A stretch of 32,000 nucleotides of DNA from Desulfosudis oleivorans Hxd3 (GTDB taxonomy: Bacteria; Desulfobacterota; Desulfobacteria; Desulfobacterales; Desulfosudaceae): assembly GCF_000018405.1 (NCBI RefSeq), contig NC_009943.1, positions 353,255 to 385,254 on the forward strand, given 5' to 3'. Of this stretch, positions 8,857-17,017 are shown piece after piece. Positions within the stretch are counted from its first letter, which is position 1. Each line of letters starts with the position of its first letter. The translations under genes were made by a program, and so were the position numbers. Below the pieces are notes generated by a model. It was given only the letters and a program-made list of their open reading frames with translations. It made no database searches and had not been told where the DNA came from.

Positions 8857-9696
8857 ATGTTTAAAATCGTAAAACGACAGGAGATGGCCCAGGGCACGGT
8901 GGTGCTCAACGAGATCGAGGCCCCCCTGATCGCGGCCAAGGCAAAGCCGGGACAGTTTGTGATTCTCAAGGCCAACGAGACCGGAGAGCGGATTCCCCTG
9001 ACCATGGCCGACACCGACCCGGAAAAGGGCACCATCACCATTATTTTCATGATCGTGGGCAAGAGCACGGCCCTGTTTGCCACGCTTAAAGAGGGGGACG
9101 CCTACATGGACGTGATCGGTCCCCTGGGGGCCCCCACCCACATTGAAAAGCTGGGCAAGGTGATCTGCGTGGGCGGCGGCACCGGCGTGGCCGTGCTTCA
9201 TCCCATCACCCGGGCGTTAAAAGAGGCGGGCAACCATGTGTTCTGCGTCATCGGGGCGCGCAACAAGGATCTGCTGATTTTGGAAGAGCAGATGAAGGCG
9301 GCGTCCTCCGACCTGCGGGTCTGCACCGACGACGGTTCTTACGGGCACCACGGGTTTGTCACTGACGTGCTGAAGAGCATTCTCACAGAGAACAACGATA
9401 TCAAGCTGGTGGTGGCCATCGGGCCGGTGCCCATGATGAAGGCCTGCTCCAACCTGACAAAGGAGTTCGGGGTCAAGACCATGGTGAGCCTGAATCCCAT
9501 CATGGTGGACGGTACCGGCATGTGCGGCGGGTGCCGGGTGTCGGTGGGCGGCGAGACCAAGTTTGCCTGTGTGGACGGCCCGGAATTTGACGGCCACCAG
9601 GTGGATTTTGACGAGCTGGCGTTGCGGCTGCGGGCCTATACGGCGGACGAAAAAGAGAGCCACGCCTGTTTTTTGAATAAAGCAAAGCAAGGATAA
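8857..9696 (+). CDS. nfnA: NfnA-type subunit (SudB-like ferredoxin-NADP+ reductase subunit; FAD plus 2Fe-2S)
   Basis: MFKIVKRQEM... with AAGGAGG RBS 7 nt upstream; the ORF-track start at 8776 is probably an upstream extension. VGGGTGVA nucleotide-binding motif and a C-terminal GMCGGCRV...FACVDGPEF 2Fe-2S motif. Paired with a GltD-like subunit. Confidence 0.88.
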   Translation: MFKIVKRQEMAQGTVVLNEIEAPLIAAKAKPGQFVILKANETGERIPLTMADTDPEKGTITIIFMIVGKSTALFATLKEGDAYMDVIGPLGAPTHIEKLGKVICVGGGTGVAVLHPITRALKEAGNHVFCVIGARNKDLLILEEQMKAASSDLRVCTDDGSYGHHGFVTDVLKSILTENNDIKLVVAIGPVPMMKACSNLTKEFGVKTMVSLNPIMVDGTGMCGGCRVSVGGETKFACVDGPEFDGHQVDFDELALRLRAYTADEKESHACFLNKAKQG

Positions 9697-9709
9697 CGGG
9701 GGAATCACC

Positions 9710-11119
9710 ATGGCAGATACAGAAAAAAAAGAGAAAACGCCCCGGCAGCCCATGCCGGAGCAGCCGCCCAAAGTACGGGCGAAAAACTTTGACGAAGTGC
9801 CCCTGGGACTCTCCCCGGAAGCGGCTGTGGCCGAGGCCTCCCGGTGCATTCAGTGCAAGAGCCCGGCCTGTGTGGAAGGGTGCCCGGTACGGGTGGACAT
9901 TCCCGGGTTTATTCGGTTGGTTAAAGACAACGACTTTACCGGCGCCATCAGCAAAATCTGGGAGCGAAACGGCCTGCCCGCTGTATGCGGCCGGGTCTGT
10001 CCCCAGGAGGCCCAGTGCGAAGGAAAGTGCATTCTCGGCAAAAAAGGCGACCCCGTGGCCATCGGCAACCTGGAGCGGTTTGCCGCGGATCACGAGCGGG
10101 CCAACCGCAAGGCCCCGGTTCCGGAAAGGGCCCCTGCCACGGGCAAGAAAGTGGCGGTGGTGGGCTCCGGCCCCTCCGGCCTGACCGTTGCCGGGGATCT
10201 GCTGTTAAAGGGCCATGATGTCACCATTTTTGAAGCGTTTCACCGGCCCGGCGGTGTCCTGGTGTACGGCATTCCCGAGTTCCGGCTGCCCAAAGAGATT
10301 GTGTTCTCCGAAGTGGACGGTCTTGAGACCCTGGGCGGCAAGGTGGAGACCAACGTGGTGGTGGGCCGCAGCGTCACCGTGGACGAACTGTTCGAGCAGG
10401 GCTATGACGCGGTGTTTCTGGGTGTGGGCGCCGGCCTGCCCATGTTTCTGAACGTGCCCGGCGAAAACTTTGCCGGCGTGTTCTCCGCCAACGAATACCT
10501 GACCCGCACCAACCTGATGAAGGCTTACCGGTTCCCCGAATATGACACGCCGGTGATCCGGGGCAAAAACGTGGTCACCGTGGGCGGGGGCAATGTGGCC
10601 ATGGACGCGGCGCGCACAGCCCTGCGCCTGGGTGCGGAAAACTCCTACATTGTATACCGCCGGTCCAAGACCGAACTGCCGGCCCGGGCCGCGGAAGTTC
10701 ACCATGCCGAAGAAGAAGGGGTCCAGTTCAAGCTGCTGACCAACCCCACACAGTTTTTCGGCGACGACAACGGCCGGGTCATCGGCATGGAGGCCCTGCA
10801 GATGGAGCTGGGCGAGCCGGACGCGTCGGGCCGCCGCCGGCCCGTTGAGATCAAGGGGTCGGAGTTCCGCATTGACTGCGACCTGGTGATCATCGCCATC
10901 GGCGCCGGTGCCAACCCCCTGCTGACCCAATCCACCGAAGGGCTGGAATTAAACAAATGGGGCTATGTCGTGGCCGATGAAAAAACCGGCAAAACCACCC
11001 GGAAAGGGGTCTGGGCCGGGGGTGACATCGTCACCGGATCGGCAACGGTCATTCTGGCCATGGGTGCCGGCCGCGTGGCCGCCGACTCCATTCACGACTA
11101 TTTGACGATTGGATGGTAG
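9710..11119 (+). CDS. nfnB: NfnB-type subunit (GltD-like NADPH-dependent oxidoreductase, 2x[4Fe-4S] plus FAD)
   Basis: 469 aa. CIQCKSPACVEGCP and VCGRVCPQEAQCEGKC cluster motifs. VAVVGSGPSGL and VTVGGGNVAMD dinucleotide folds. 13 nt after nfnA. Confidence 0.9.
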   Translation: MADTEKKEKTPRQPMPEQPPKVRAKNFDEVPLGLSPEAAVAEASRCIQCKSPACVEGCPVRVDIPGFIRLVKDNDFTGAISKIWERNGLPAVCGRVCPQEAQCEGKCILGKKGDPVAIGNLERFAADHERANRKAPVPERAPATGKKVAVVGSGPSGLTVAGDLLLKGHDVTIFEAFHRPGGVLVYGIPEFRLPKEIVFSEVDGLETLGGKVETNVVVGRSVTVDELFEQGYDAVFLGVGAGLPMFLNVPGENFAGVFSANEYLTRTNLMKAYRFPEYDTPVIRGKNVVTVGGGNVAMDAARTALRLGAENSYIVYRRSKTELPARAAEVHHAEEEGVQFKLLTNPTQFFGDDNGRVIGMEALQMELGEPDASGRRRPVEIKGSEFRIDCDLVIIAIGAGANPLLTQSTEGLELNKWGYVVADEKTGKTTRKGVWAGGDIVTGSATVILAMGAGRVAADSIHDYLTIGW

Positions 11120-11157
11120 AACCAATTCAAAAGGGGCTGCATTAATCCACATACGCG

Positions 11158-11231
11158 GTCATTGAGGAGCAAAGCGACGAAGCAATCCCCTTCGCATATG
11201 GGCAAGATTGCTTCGCTTCGCCCGCAATGAC
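11158..11231. repeat. Inverted pair of GTCATTG(C/A)G...GCGAAGCAATC palindromic elements
   Basis: GTCATTGAGGAGCAAAGCGACGAAGCAATCC ... GATTGCTTCGCTTCGCCCGCAATGAC. Same family as the cluster at 15925-16132. Confidence 0.85.
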
Positions 11232-11267
11232 ACTTTAAAATCCGTACGCTTTTGAAGCCGGGTATGA

Positions 11268-11317
11268 ACAGTGCCCGCCTGAAGTCTCAAGCGCTTCAGG
11301 CGGGCACTGTTTTTTTT
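11268..11317 (+). terminator. Strong rho-independent terminator after nfnB (abuts the stop of the converging IscU-like gene)
   Basis: Perfect 17-bp stem ACAGTGCCCGCCTGAAG / CTTCAGGCGGGCACTGT followed by T7. Confidence 0.85.
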
Positions 11318-11783
11318 ACGATTCGTGTTGATTCCGACAGTCGGCCAGGGCCAGGTAAAAGGCCCCCACCGCCAGCTCGGCGCAGTGAAAATGGTCCGGT
11401 GGCAGGGTCTCAAGAAGGTCGATAACGGCTTCCGGGGTGATCTCCCAGGCCGCTTCGATCTTTTTGCCTTCAGCCAGAACGGCCACGGCATTGGCGGAAG
11501 CATGGGTGTTGCGGCATCCGCGAATGTCGAACAACACCTGTTCGATGATGCTGTCAGTTCCTTTTTTGATAAACATTTCAACCGTATCCCCGCACTCCCC
11601 GGTTTTTGCGCCATGTCCGTCCGAATGGGCCATTTTTCCCCGGCGGGTCATGTCAAAGGCCATTTCAAGAAAAGTTCTGGAGTGGTCGCTCCAGAAATCA
11701 AACGGCTTTGCCGGCGCTGAATCTATTTTTATCTCTTGTTTTTTCAATATATTAACCGAGCCATGCTTGCGTTTCCAGACCAA
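11316..11783 (-). CDS. IscU/NifU N-terminal-domain-like Fe-S cluster scaffold protein (start codon uncertain)
   Basis: The three conserved Cys contexts are present: TGECGDTVEMF, IRGCRNTHASANA and HFHCAELAV. An internal Met (MAFDMTRRGKM...) could be the true start. Confidence 0.75.
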   Translation of the reverse strand: MVWKRKHGSVNILKKQEIKIDSAPAKPFDFWSDHSRTFLEMAFDMTRRGKMAHSDGHGAKTGECGDTVEMFIKKGTDSIIEQVLFDIRGCRNTHASANAVAVLAEGKKIEAAWEITPEAVIDLLETLPPDHFHCAELAVGAFYLALADCRNQHES

Positions 11784-11876
11784 GGCCTTATCTTTTTAAC
11801 ACGTCAAACTTCCCGGAAGCCGTTTTCACTTGATCCGGGCGACCATACAAACAACCGTTTTGAAGGAGGATGAAAA

Positions 11877-12212
11877 ATGAACGCATCCATTGATACCATT
11901 CTTACCACCATCGGTGACACATACAAAGACCGAATTGATCCCCGTGCCCGTCACTACCTGGAGATCAATATCGGAAAGCAGGCAGAAATCATGGGCCTTT
12001 CCGGCCTTCCCGACAATCTCGGGGCGGCCACCGCCATTGTGCCGTTAAAGGCCCCGGCCGCCGGAATGAAGGTGCGTGTCGACGGCCGGACCTTTGTGGA
12101 TTATGCCCAGTTTGATTCAGGCGTGGCCACACCGGGGTATCTTGCCAGGGAAAGCGGCCTGGCCCACGCCATGTTTGTTCCAAATGACAGTATGATTCTG
12201 AATTTTGCTTAG
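11877..12212 (+). CDS. Hypothetical protein (111 aa)
   Basis: ORF with a strong GAAGGAGGA RBS 5 nt upstream. No family recognised. Confidence 0.6.
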   Translation: MNASIDTILTTIGDTYKDRIDPRARHYLEINIGKQAEIMGLSGLPDNLGAATAIVPLKAPAAGMKVRVDGRTFVDYAQFDSGVATPGYLARESGLAHAMFVPNDSMILNFA

Positions 12213-12455
12213 TTTCCATCCATAAATGGCCTTTTTCCGCAATCTCTGCGTCAAACTGCGGGCTTCATTGTGCGGCGTACAACAGTACGCCTCCGCTGAA
12301 CCCCTTGTTTTCCTTGATCTTGCGAAATCCAGCCTTGGCGGGACTGGATTGGAAACCTTTTTCGTGCCCTCATGACAGATGTGATACCGGAAACGGGGCA
12401 GGGATTTTTGCAAAGCTGCCAACTGATTGATGCCATCGTAAAAAGTCAGGAACAA

Positions 12456-12580
12456 GACGGCAAAGTAAAAAGTTCAAGTTCAAGGCGTCGCAAATCCCGA
12501 GGAATGAGGCGTACTTGTCGTACGCCGCAGTGACGAGGGGTGCAGCGCAACGCAGAAATTGGACTTTTTACGAAGCCGTC
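12456..12580. mobile_element. MITE-like element, copy 1 (125 bp, imperfect right terminal repeat)
   Basis: Near-identical to 16747-16872. Left end GACGGCAAAGTAAAAAG, right end CTTTTTACGAAGCCGTC (3 mismatches to a perfect TIR). Internal hairpin GGCGTAC-TTGTC-GTACGCC. Confidence 0.8.
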
Positions 12581-12596
12581 AACCCATTGAGCGGCT

Positions 12597-13097
12597 TTAT
12601 CTCTCCAGCACCACCTGCTCTTCAACCGATGTGATATACCACTGTTTTTCCCTGTTTTGCAGTACAAGGGCGATTTCCATCACCTCATCGTCCCGCAGCC
12701 CGTCCGAGGCAACGGCCCGGACACGGGCGGTGGCCACCACCCGGGCCGTGCCGGCCCCGGAAAATTCAACCGACATGTCGTGAAACGCAACGGCCACCTG
12801 AGTGTACCGCCTGCGGGCCATCATCAGGTAAGGGGCCACATCCTTTTGCGAAAAGGACCGGGCGACCTGATAGGTGGGCATGTCGATCCGGCAGGGGTCG
12901 GTCACCATGGCGCCCACCCGCTTGATCCGGGCCGCCACCACCAGGTCGTTGTCCTCCGGGGCCCATTGCAGCTCTTTTTCAATGGCGGTCATTCGCTTTT
13001 TGACGGCCCTGGCCTCCCAGTCCACCAGCACCAGGGCCAGGCCGATGCCGGCCCCGGCCAGCACCAGGGCCGCGATCCAATACTTTCTTTTTACCAT
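12597..13097 (-). CDS. Hypothetical membrane-anchored protein (single N-terminal TM)
   Basis: 166 aa. N-terminal helix WIAALVLAGAGIGLALVLV. Its start overlaps the upstream lepB stop by 7 nt, suggesting translational coupling. Confidence 0.7.
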   Translation of the reverse strand: MVKRKYWIAALVLAGAGIGLALVLVDWEARAVKKRMTAIEKELQWAPEDNDLVVAARIKRVGAMVTDPCRIDMPTYQVARSFSQKDVAPYLMMARRRYTQVAVAFHDMSVEFSGAGTARVVATARVRAVASDGLRDDEVMEIALVLQNREKQWYITSVEEQVVLER

Positions 13098-13588
13098 AAC
13101 GGCACCCCCACAATTCGGGTTGTCGGCGTCTGGCCGAACTGGTGGTTTTCAATGGGAACACTCCGGTTGTCCCCCACCACATAAACATGGCCGGGCTTCA
13201 CGGTGCGTGAAGGGAGGCTCCAGTCGCTTTTTTTCTCCACATAGGGCTCGGCCACCTTTCGCCCATCCACGAAAAGAAAACCGTTACGGAACGCCACGGC
13301 CTGGCCTTTCGTTGCCACCACCCGTTTTAACAGCATCACCCGGGTGCCGGCCAGCCGCACCGCCACCACGTCCGGGGGGCTGGGGTCGGAAAACAGGTAG
13401 CGCAGGGCAAAACAGAAGTTGACGGCCCCGTTTTCATAAGTGGGGGCCATGCTGTGGCCCTGAATGCGAAACGGTATGCACACATATCCGAAAAACAGGA
13501 ACGCGCCGGCCGCCACCAGAACGACGCGGAGCATATACCGCCGGGAGAGGGCCGGGAACAGAAACCGTTGCAACCTGTTTTTATTCAT
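13091..13588 (-). CDS. lepB: Signal peptidase I (S26 family)
   Basis: TM helix, then the catalytic Ser box QGHSMAPTY, Lys box MLLKRVVA and VVGDNRSVPIENHQFG box. Start placed at the Met of MNKNRLQRF (13588); the 228-aa ORF-track version from 13777 is probably over-extended. Confidence 0.85.
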   Translation of the reverse strand: MNKNRLQRFLFPALSRRYMLRVVLVAAGAFLFFGYVCIPFRIQGHSMAPTYENGAVNFCFALRYLFSDPSPPDVVAVRLAGTRVMLLKRVVATKGQAVAFRNGFLFVDGRKVAEPYVEKKSDWSLPSRTVKPGHVYVVGDNRSVPIENHQFGQTPTTRIVGVPLW

Positions 13589-13726
13589 TTTGTTCCTGCA
13601 TTTAAAAAGCGACCTGATTGCTGCTGCCATACAAGCATGATAAACCCGTAAAAAGTCCATCAAGCATAGTCGCAGCGGCGGGCCCGTGTCAACCGCTCCG
13701 GCACGGTTGATCACCGGCATTGATGT

Positions 13727-13755
13727 TTGACAACCATGGCCTGAAACGGTATTAT
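13727..13755 (+). promoter_or_regulatory. Sigma-70-type promoter for the lipoprotein operon
   Basis: TTGACA (13727-13732), a 17-nt spacer, then TATTAT (13750-13755), ~100 nt upstream of the 13858 ATG. Confidence 0.55.
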
Positions 13756-13857
13756 AACCGGACCTTGAAAGAGACACGCCGATACGTTCTGTCAGTCATG
13801 GCATAACATCATTAATAAACAATATAATCGAACATTAAGAAGAAAGGAAACCCGCTC

Positions 13858-15063
13858 ATGAAACGAATACTGACATGCCTGTGCCTGGTCGGCTTTCTGC
13901 TGGCCGGTTTTGCCGGATGCTCCCTTTATGTGAAGGGGGACTACAAGTTCCAGACAAAGGACTATGACGGCGCTATTGCCGATTTCACCGCCTACCTGGA
14001 GCAGAAACCCGATTCGTTCCAGGCCACCTACATGCTGGGCCGGGCCTATCTTGAAAAAGGCGAACTGGACAAGTCGGTGGCCACGCTCAAGAAGGCCCTG
14101 GAAATGAATCCCGGCGACCCGGAAGCCATCCTGTTTCTGGGTGTGGCCTATGTGGCAAAAGCCGATTATGAAAACGCCATTGCCACCTTTGAAAGCTTTG
14201 AAGATCCCTCGCGGCCCCTGCTGGAAAAAGCGGTGGGTAAGCAGATCACCCTGCTGAAAATCGACTACAACAAGAAGCTTGCCAAAGAGGCGGTGGCATC
14301 AGAAAAAAAACTGGCCACGGTAAAGCCCCCTGTGGAGACCTATGCCGTGTTTTATTATGAAGACAAAACCCCCGGCAAGAATATGGCGGCCTTTCAGAAG
14401 GCTCTGGCCGCCATGACCATCAGCAATCTTTCACATATCAATTCCATTCAGGTGGTTGAAAGGCTTCGCCTTCAGGCCCTGATGGAGGAGATGGCCCTGG
14501 GTCGGACCGGTATTGTGGATTCAAAAACCGCGCCGCGCCTGGGCCGGCTGGTGGGTGCGGAACACCTGATCGTGGGCACCCTGTCCAAAGACATTCGCAC
14601 GGACACGGCCCTGGCTTCCACCACGAGACGCAAGGTGATCGGCAACGCGGCCCTGACCGTAAAAAGGGACAATTTTTTTCAGCTGCCCGGCGCCATTGCC
14701 GCCGGTGTGGCGGAGATGAAGGGCATCAAGCTCACCCCGGCCGAGCAGTCGGCTGTCGGCAAGGTCCACACAAAGAACATCGACGCGGTGCTTTACTATG
14801 GTCAGGCCCTGGATGCCATGGACCAGGCGGACTGGAAAACAGCCCTGGAGCTTTTCAACAAGGCCCTTCAGGCTGACCCCCAGTTTGAGCTGGCCCTTCT
14901 GGGCCGCGAATCTTGCCCGGACGACTCCTCATCCGGCACGGGGGGTATGGGCCAGGTGACCCCCGAGTCGCTGAAAAACAGTTTTGCCGCCGCGGTAAAC
15001 GACCAGGCGGCAGCAGACAAGGCCAAGAAGGACTCGTTGAGCGGCGGCAGCGGCGGCCATTAA
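13858..15063 (+). CDS. Lipoprotein with N-terminal TPR repeats, a central CsgG/LpoB-like domain and a C-terminal TPR
   Basis: Lipobox LLAGFAGC. TPR-like helices (YMLGRAYLEKGELDKSVATLKKALEMNP). Central segment IQVVERLRLQALMEEMALGRTGIVDSKTAPRLGRLVGAEHLIVGTL matches the CsgG-family pattern. Confidence 0.8.
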   Translation: MKRILTCLCLVGFLLAGFAGCSLYVKGDYKFQTKDYDGAIADFTAYLEQKPDSFQATYMLGRAYLEKGELDKSVATLKKALEMNPGDPEAILFLGVAYVAKADYENAIATFESFEDPSRPLLEKAVGKQITLLKIDYNKKLAKEAVASEKKLATVKPPVETYAVFYYEDKTPGKNMAAFQKALAAMTISNLSHINSIQVVERLRLQALMEEMALGRTGIVDSKTAPRLGRLVGAEHLIVGTLSKDIRTDTALASTTRRKVIGNAALTVKRDNFFQLPGAIAAGVAEMKGIKLTPAEQSAVGKVHTKNIDAVLYYGQALDAMDQADWKTALELFNKALQADPQFELALLGRESCPDDSSSGTGGMGQVTPESLKNSFAAAVNDQAAADKAKKDSLSGGSGGH

Positions 15064-15072
15064 AATATTGAC

Positions 15073-15116
15073 GATCAGGCGGTCCCGGTCCTTTTCAGGA
15101 TCGGAACCGCCTGATC
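15073..15116 (+). other. Intercistronic long hairpin between the two lipoprotein genes
   Basis: GATCAGGCGGT...ACCGCCTGATC 11-bp stem with further inner pairing. A second hairpin AGCCCC-GACC-GGGGCT at 15122-15137 and a T-run at 15148 give a possible weak terminator or mRNA-stability element. Confidence 0.45.
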
Positions 15117-15178
15117 CCTATAGCCCCGACCGGGGCTGTGTCACGGGTTTTTAATTTTATAAAGAAAGGTATTCCGCC

Positions 15179-15859
15179 TTGAAAAAACGGATTCTGTTTG
15201 TAGCGACGGCCATTTTCGTAATGGCGTGTGTGCTGCCTGTTGGTCCGGCAGGCGCGTCCCCGGACGGGGATCGGACCCTTGCCATTCTGCCCTTTGAAAA
15301 TAACTCCGTCACCACCCCGGAGACTTATGACCCGTTAAAAAGCGGCCTGTCCGTGATGCTGATGACCGAGCTGGCCAACAGCGAGGCAGCGTTTACGCTG
15401 GTGGAGCGGGAAAAGATCCGTGCCCTGCTTGACGAGATCACCCTTGGCCAGACCGGGGTCATTGACGCGTCCACGGCCGTGAAAATGGGCAAGATGCTCG
15501 GGGCCCAGGCCATTGGTTTCGGGGCCTTTATGGTGATGGGCAAAAATGTCCGCATCGACATGAGAATGGTCGAGGTGGAGACCGGGGCGCTGATCATGGC
15601 CGAGTCCATCACCGGAAAGACCGACGATTTTTTTACCCTTGAGCGGGACCTGGCGCAAAAGATCGCCGGATCCATGCAGGCCAAGGAAGCGGTAGCCCAG
15701 GCAAGCTCCAAAAGCAGTATTGAGGCGGCATTGCTCTTTGCCCGGGGCGTGGACGCCCTGGAGTCGGGTGACGGCCGGGGGGCGGACGCCTTTTTCAAAA
15801 AAGCGATCAAGCTGGACAAGTCTTACCAGCCGCAGGTGGACCGGTTGAAAGGGTTGTAA
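15179..15859 (+). CDS. CsgG/LpoB-like secreted or lipo-protein with C-terminal TPR-like tail (TTG start)
   Basis: Signal peptide. LAILPFENNS and LVEREKIRALLDEITLGQTGVIDASTAVKMGKMLGAQAIGFG plus VRIDMRMVEVETGALI match the CsgG-family pattern. Paralogous to the central part of the upstream gene. Confidence 0.8.
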   Translation: MKKRILFVATAIFVMACVLPVGPAGASPDGDRTLAILPFENNSVTTPETYDPLKSGLSVMLMTELANSEAAFTLVEREKIRALLDEITLGQTGVIDASTAVKMGKMLGAQAIGFGAFMVMGKNVRIDMRMVEVETGALIMAESITGKTDDFFTLERDLAQKIAGSMQAKEAVAQASSKSSIEAALLFARGVDALESGDGRGADAFFKKAIKLDKSYQPQVDRLKGL

Positions 15860-15924
15860 CTTAAAAGAGCGTTTATTTTAAACGCCATTGCGCCTGTCCG
15901 CCATAGCCTTTGGCGACGGCGGAA

Positions 15925-16132
15925 GCGCAGCGAAGCAACCCGTACATATTTGTGTCATTGCGAGCCGCAGGCGACGCAATCTTGTTCATACCACGCGTCA
16001 TTGCGAGCGTAGCGAAGCAATCTTGTTCATATACGAAGGAGATTGCTTCGTCGCTGACGCTCCTCGCAATGACGGAAAACGTTTTGCTCCTCGCAATGAC
16101 GGAAGTGGGGTCATTGCGCAGCGACGCAATCC
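15925..16132. repeat. Cluster of about 6 GTCATTGCGAG...GCGAAGCAATC elements in both orientations
   Basis: Copies or partial copies at 15925-15948 (+, partial), 15954-15990 (+), 15997-16033 (+), 16041-16073 (-), 16086-16100 (-, partial) and 16110-16132 (+). Confidence 0.9.
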
Positions 16133-16140
16133 TGTCCCTA

Positions 16141-16599
16141 TCAGGCATCCAGCATCACCCACGTCCCTTTTACCGATGCGTCATCAATGGTCAGCAGTCC
16201 CACTGACACCGGCAGGCTGGAGCGCCGGGGTCCGGCACTGCCGGGATTGAAATAAAGGACCCCGTCTCTGGTGGTGCCGGACGGCGCGTGGGTGTGGCCG
16301 TGGATCACCACGGCAAAATACCCGGCCGGGTCCAGGTCCAGGGCCAGAAGGTCGTGCAGCATATAGATGTCTGCGCCTGCCACGGTGACGGTTTCAAAGA
16401 CAGGGAGCCGGTCGGCCCATTCACCGCGGTCCATGTTGCCCCGCACCGCCACCACCGGGGCAATGGATGCCAGCGTGTCGACAATGCCCTGGTGACCGAT
16501 GTCGCCGGCATGAAGGATCATGTCGCACCCGTGCAGGGCCGCGGCTGCCGATTCCCGCAGCAGCCCGTGCGTGTCCGATATAACGCCCACCCGTTTCAT
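16141..16599 (-). CDS. YfcE/MJ0936-type metallophosphoesterase
   Basis: 152 aa. VISDTHG, LHAGDIG, RGNMD and HGHTH motifs. Confidence 0.9.
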   Translation of the reverse strand: MKRVGVISDTHGLLRESAAAALHGCDMILHAGDIGHQGIVDTLASIAPVVAVRGNMDRGEWADRLPVFETVTVAGADIYMLHDLLALDLDPAGYFAVVIHGHTHAPSGTTRDGVLYFNPGSAGPRRSSLPVSVGLLTIDDASVKGTWVMLDA

Positions 16600-16746
16600 A
16601 CCTGTTGGTTTCCTGTTTTTGTTACTGCGCTATTGTTATTCGGAAGTAAATTTAATTACTGGTGAATCATATTCAATTTCAATCCATAAACCGAACGTTT
16701 CGGCTGTTTGTCAAGTCATGGTTATAGTCTGTTGCCTGACTCCCAA

Positions 16747-16872
16747 GACGGCAAAGTAAAAAGTTCAAGTTCAAGGCGTCGCAAATCCCGAGGAATGAGG
16801 CGTACTTGTCGTACGCCGCAGTGACGAGTGGGTGCAGCGCAACGCAGAAATTGGGCTTTTTACTTTGCCGTC
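16747..16872. mobile_element. MITE-like element, copy 2 (126 bp, perfect 17-bp terminal inverted repeats)
   Basis: GACGGCAAAGTAAAAAG (16747-16763) and CTTTTTACTTTGCCGTC (16856-16872). The interior differs from copy 1 by about 2 substitutions or indels. Confidence 0.85.
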
Positions 16873-17017
16873 ATTTCTTTATACCCGGCCGAAGGGTTCA
16901 GGGCAAGTATGGAAAAAACAGGCAGGCAGCCGGCAAAAAAGGGGTGACACAGGCGCGCAAAACCGACGGATGGTCTGAAAATAGGGGCTGGGCAAAACGG
17001 CCTTGTGCTGGTAAAGT

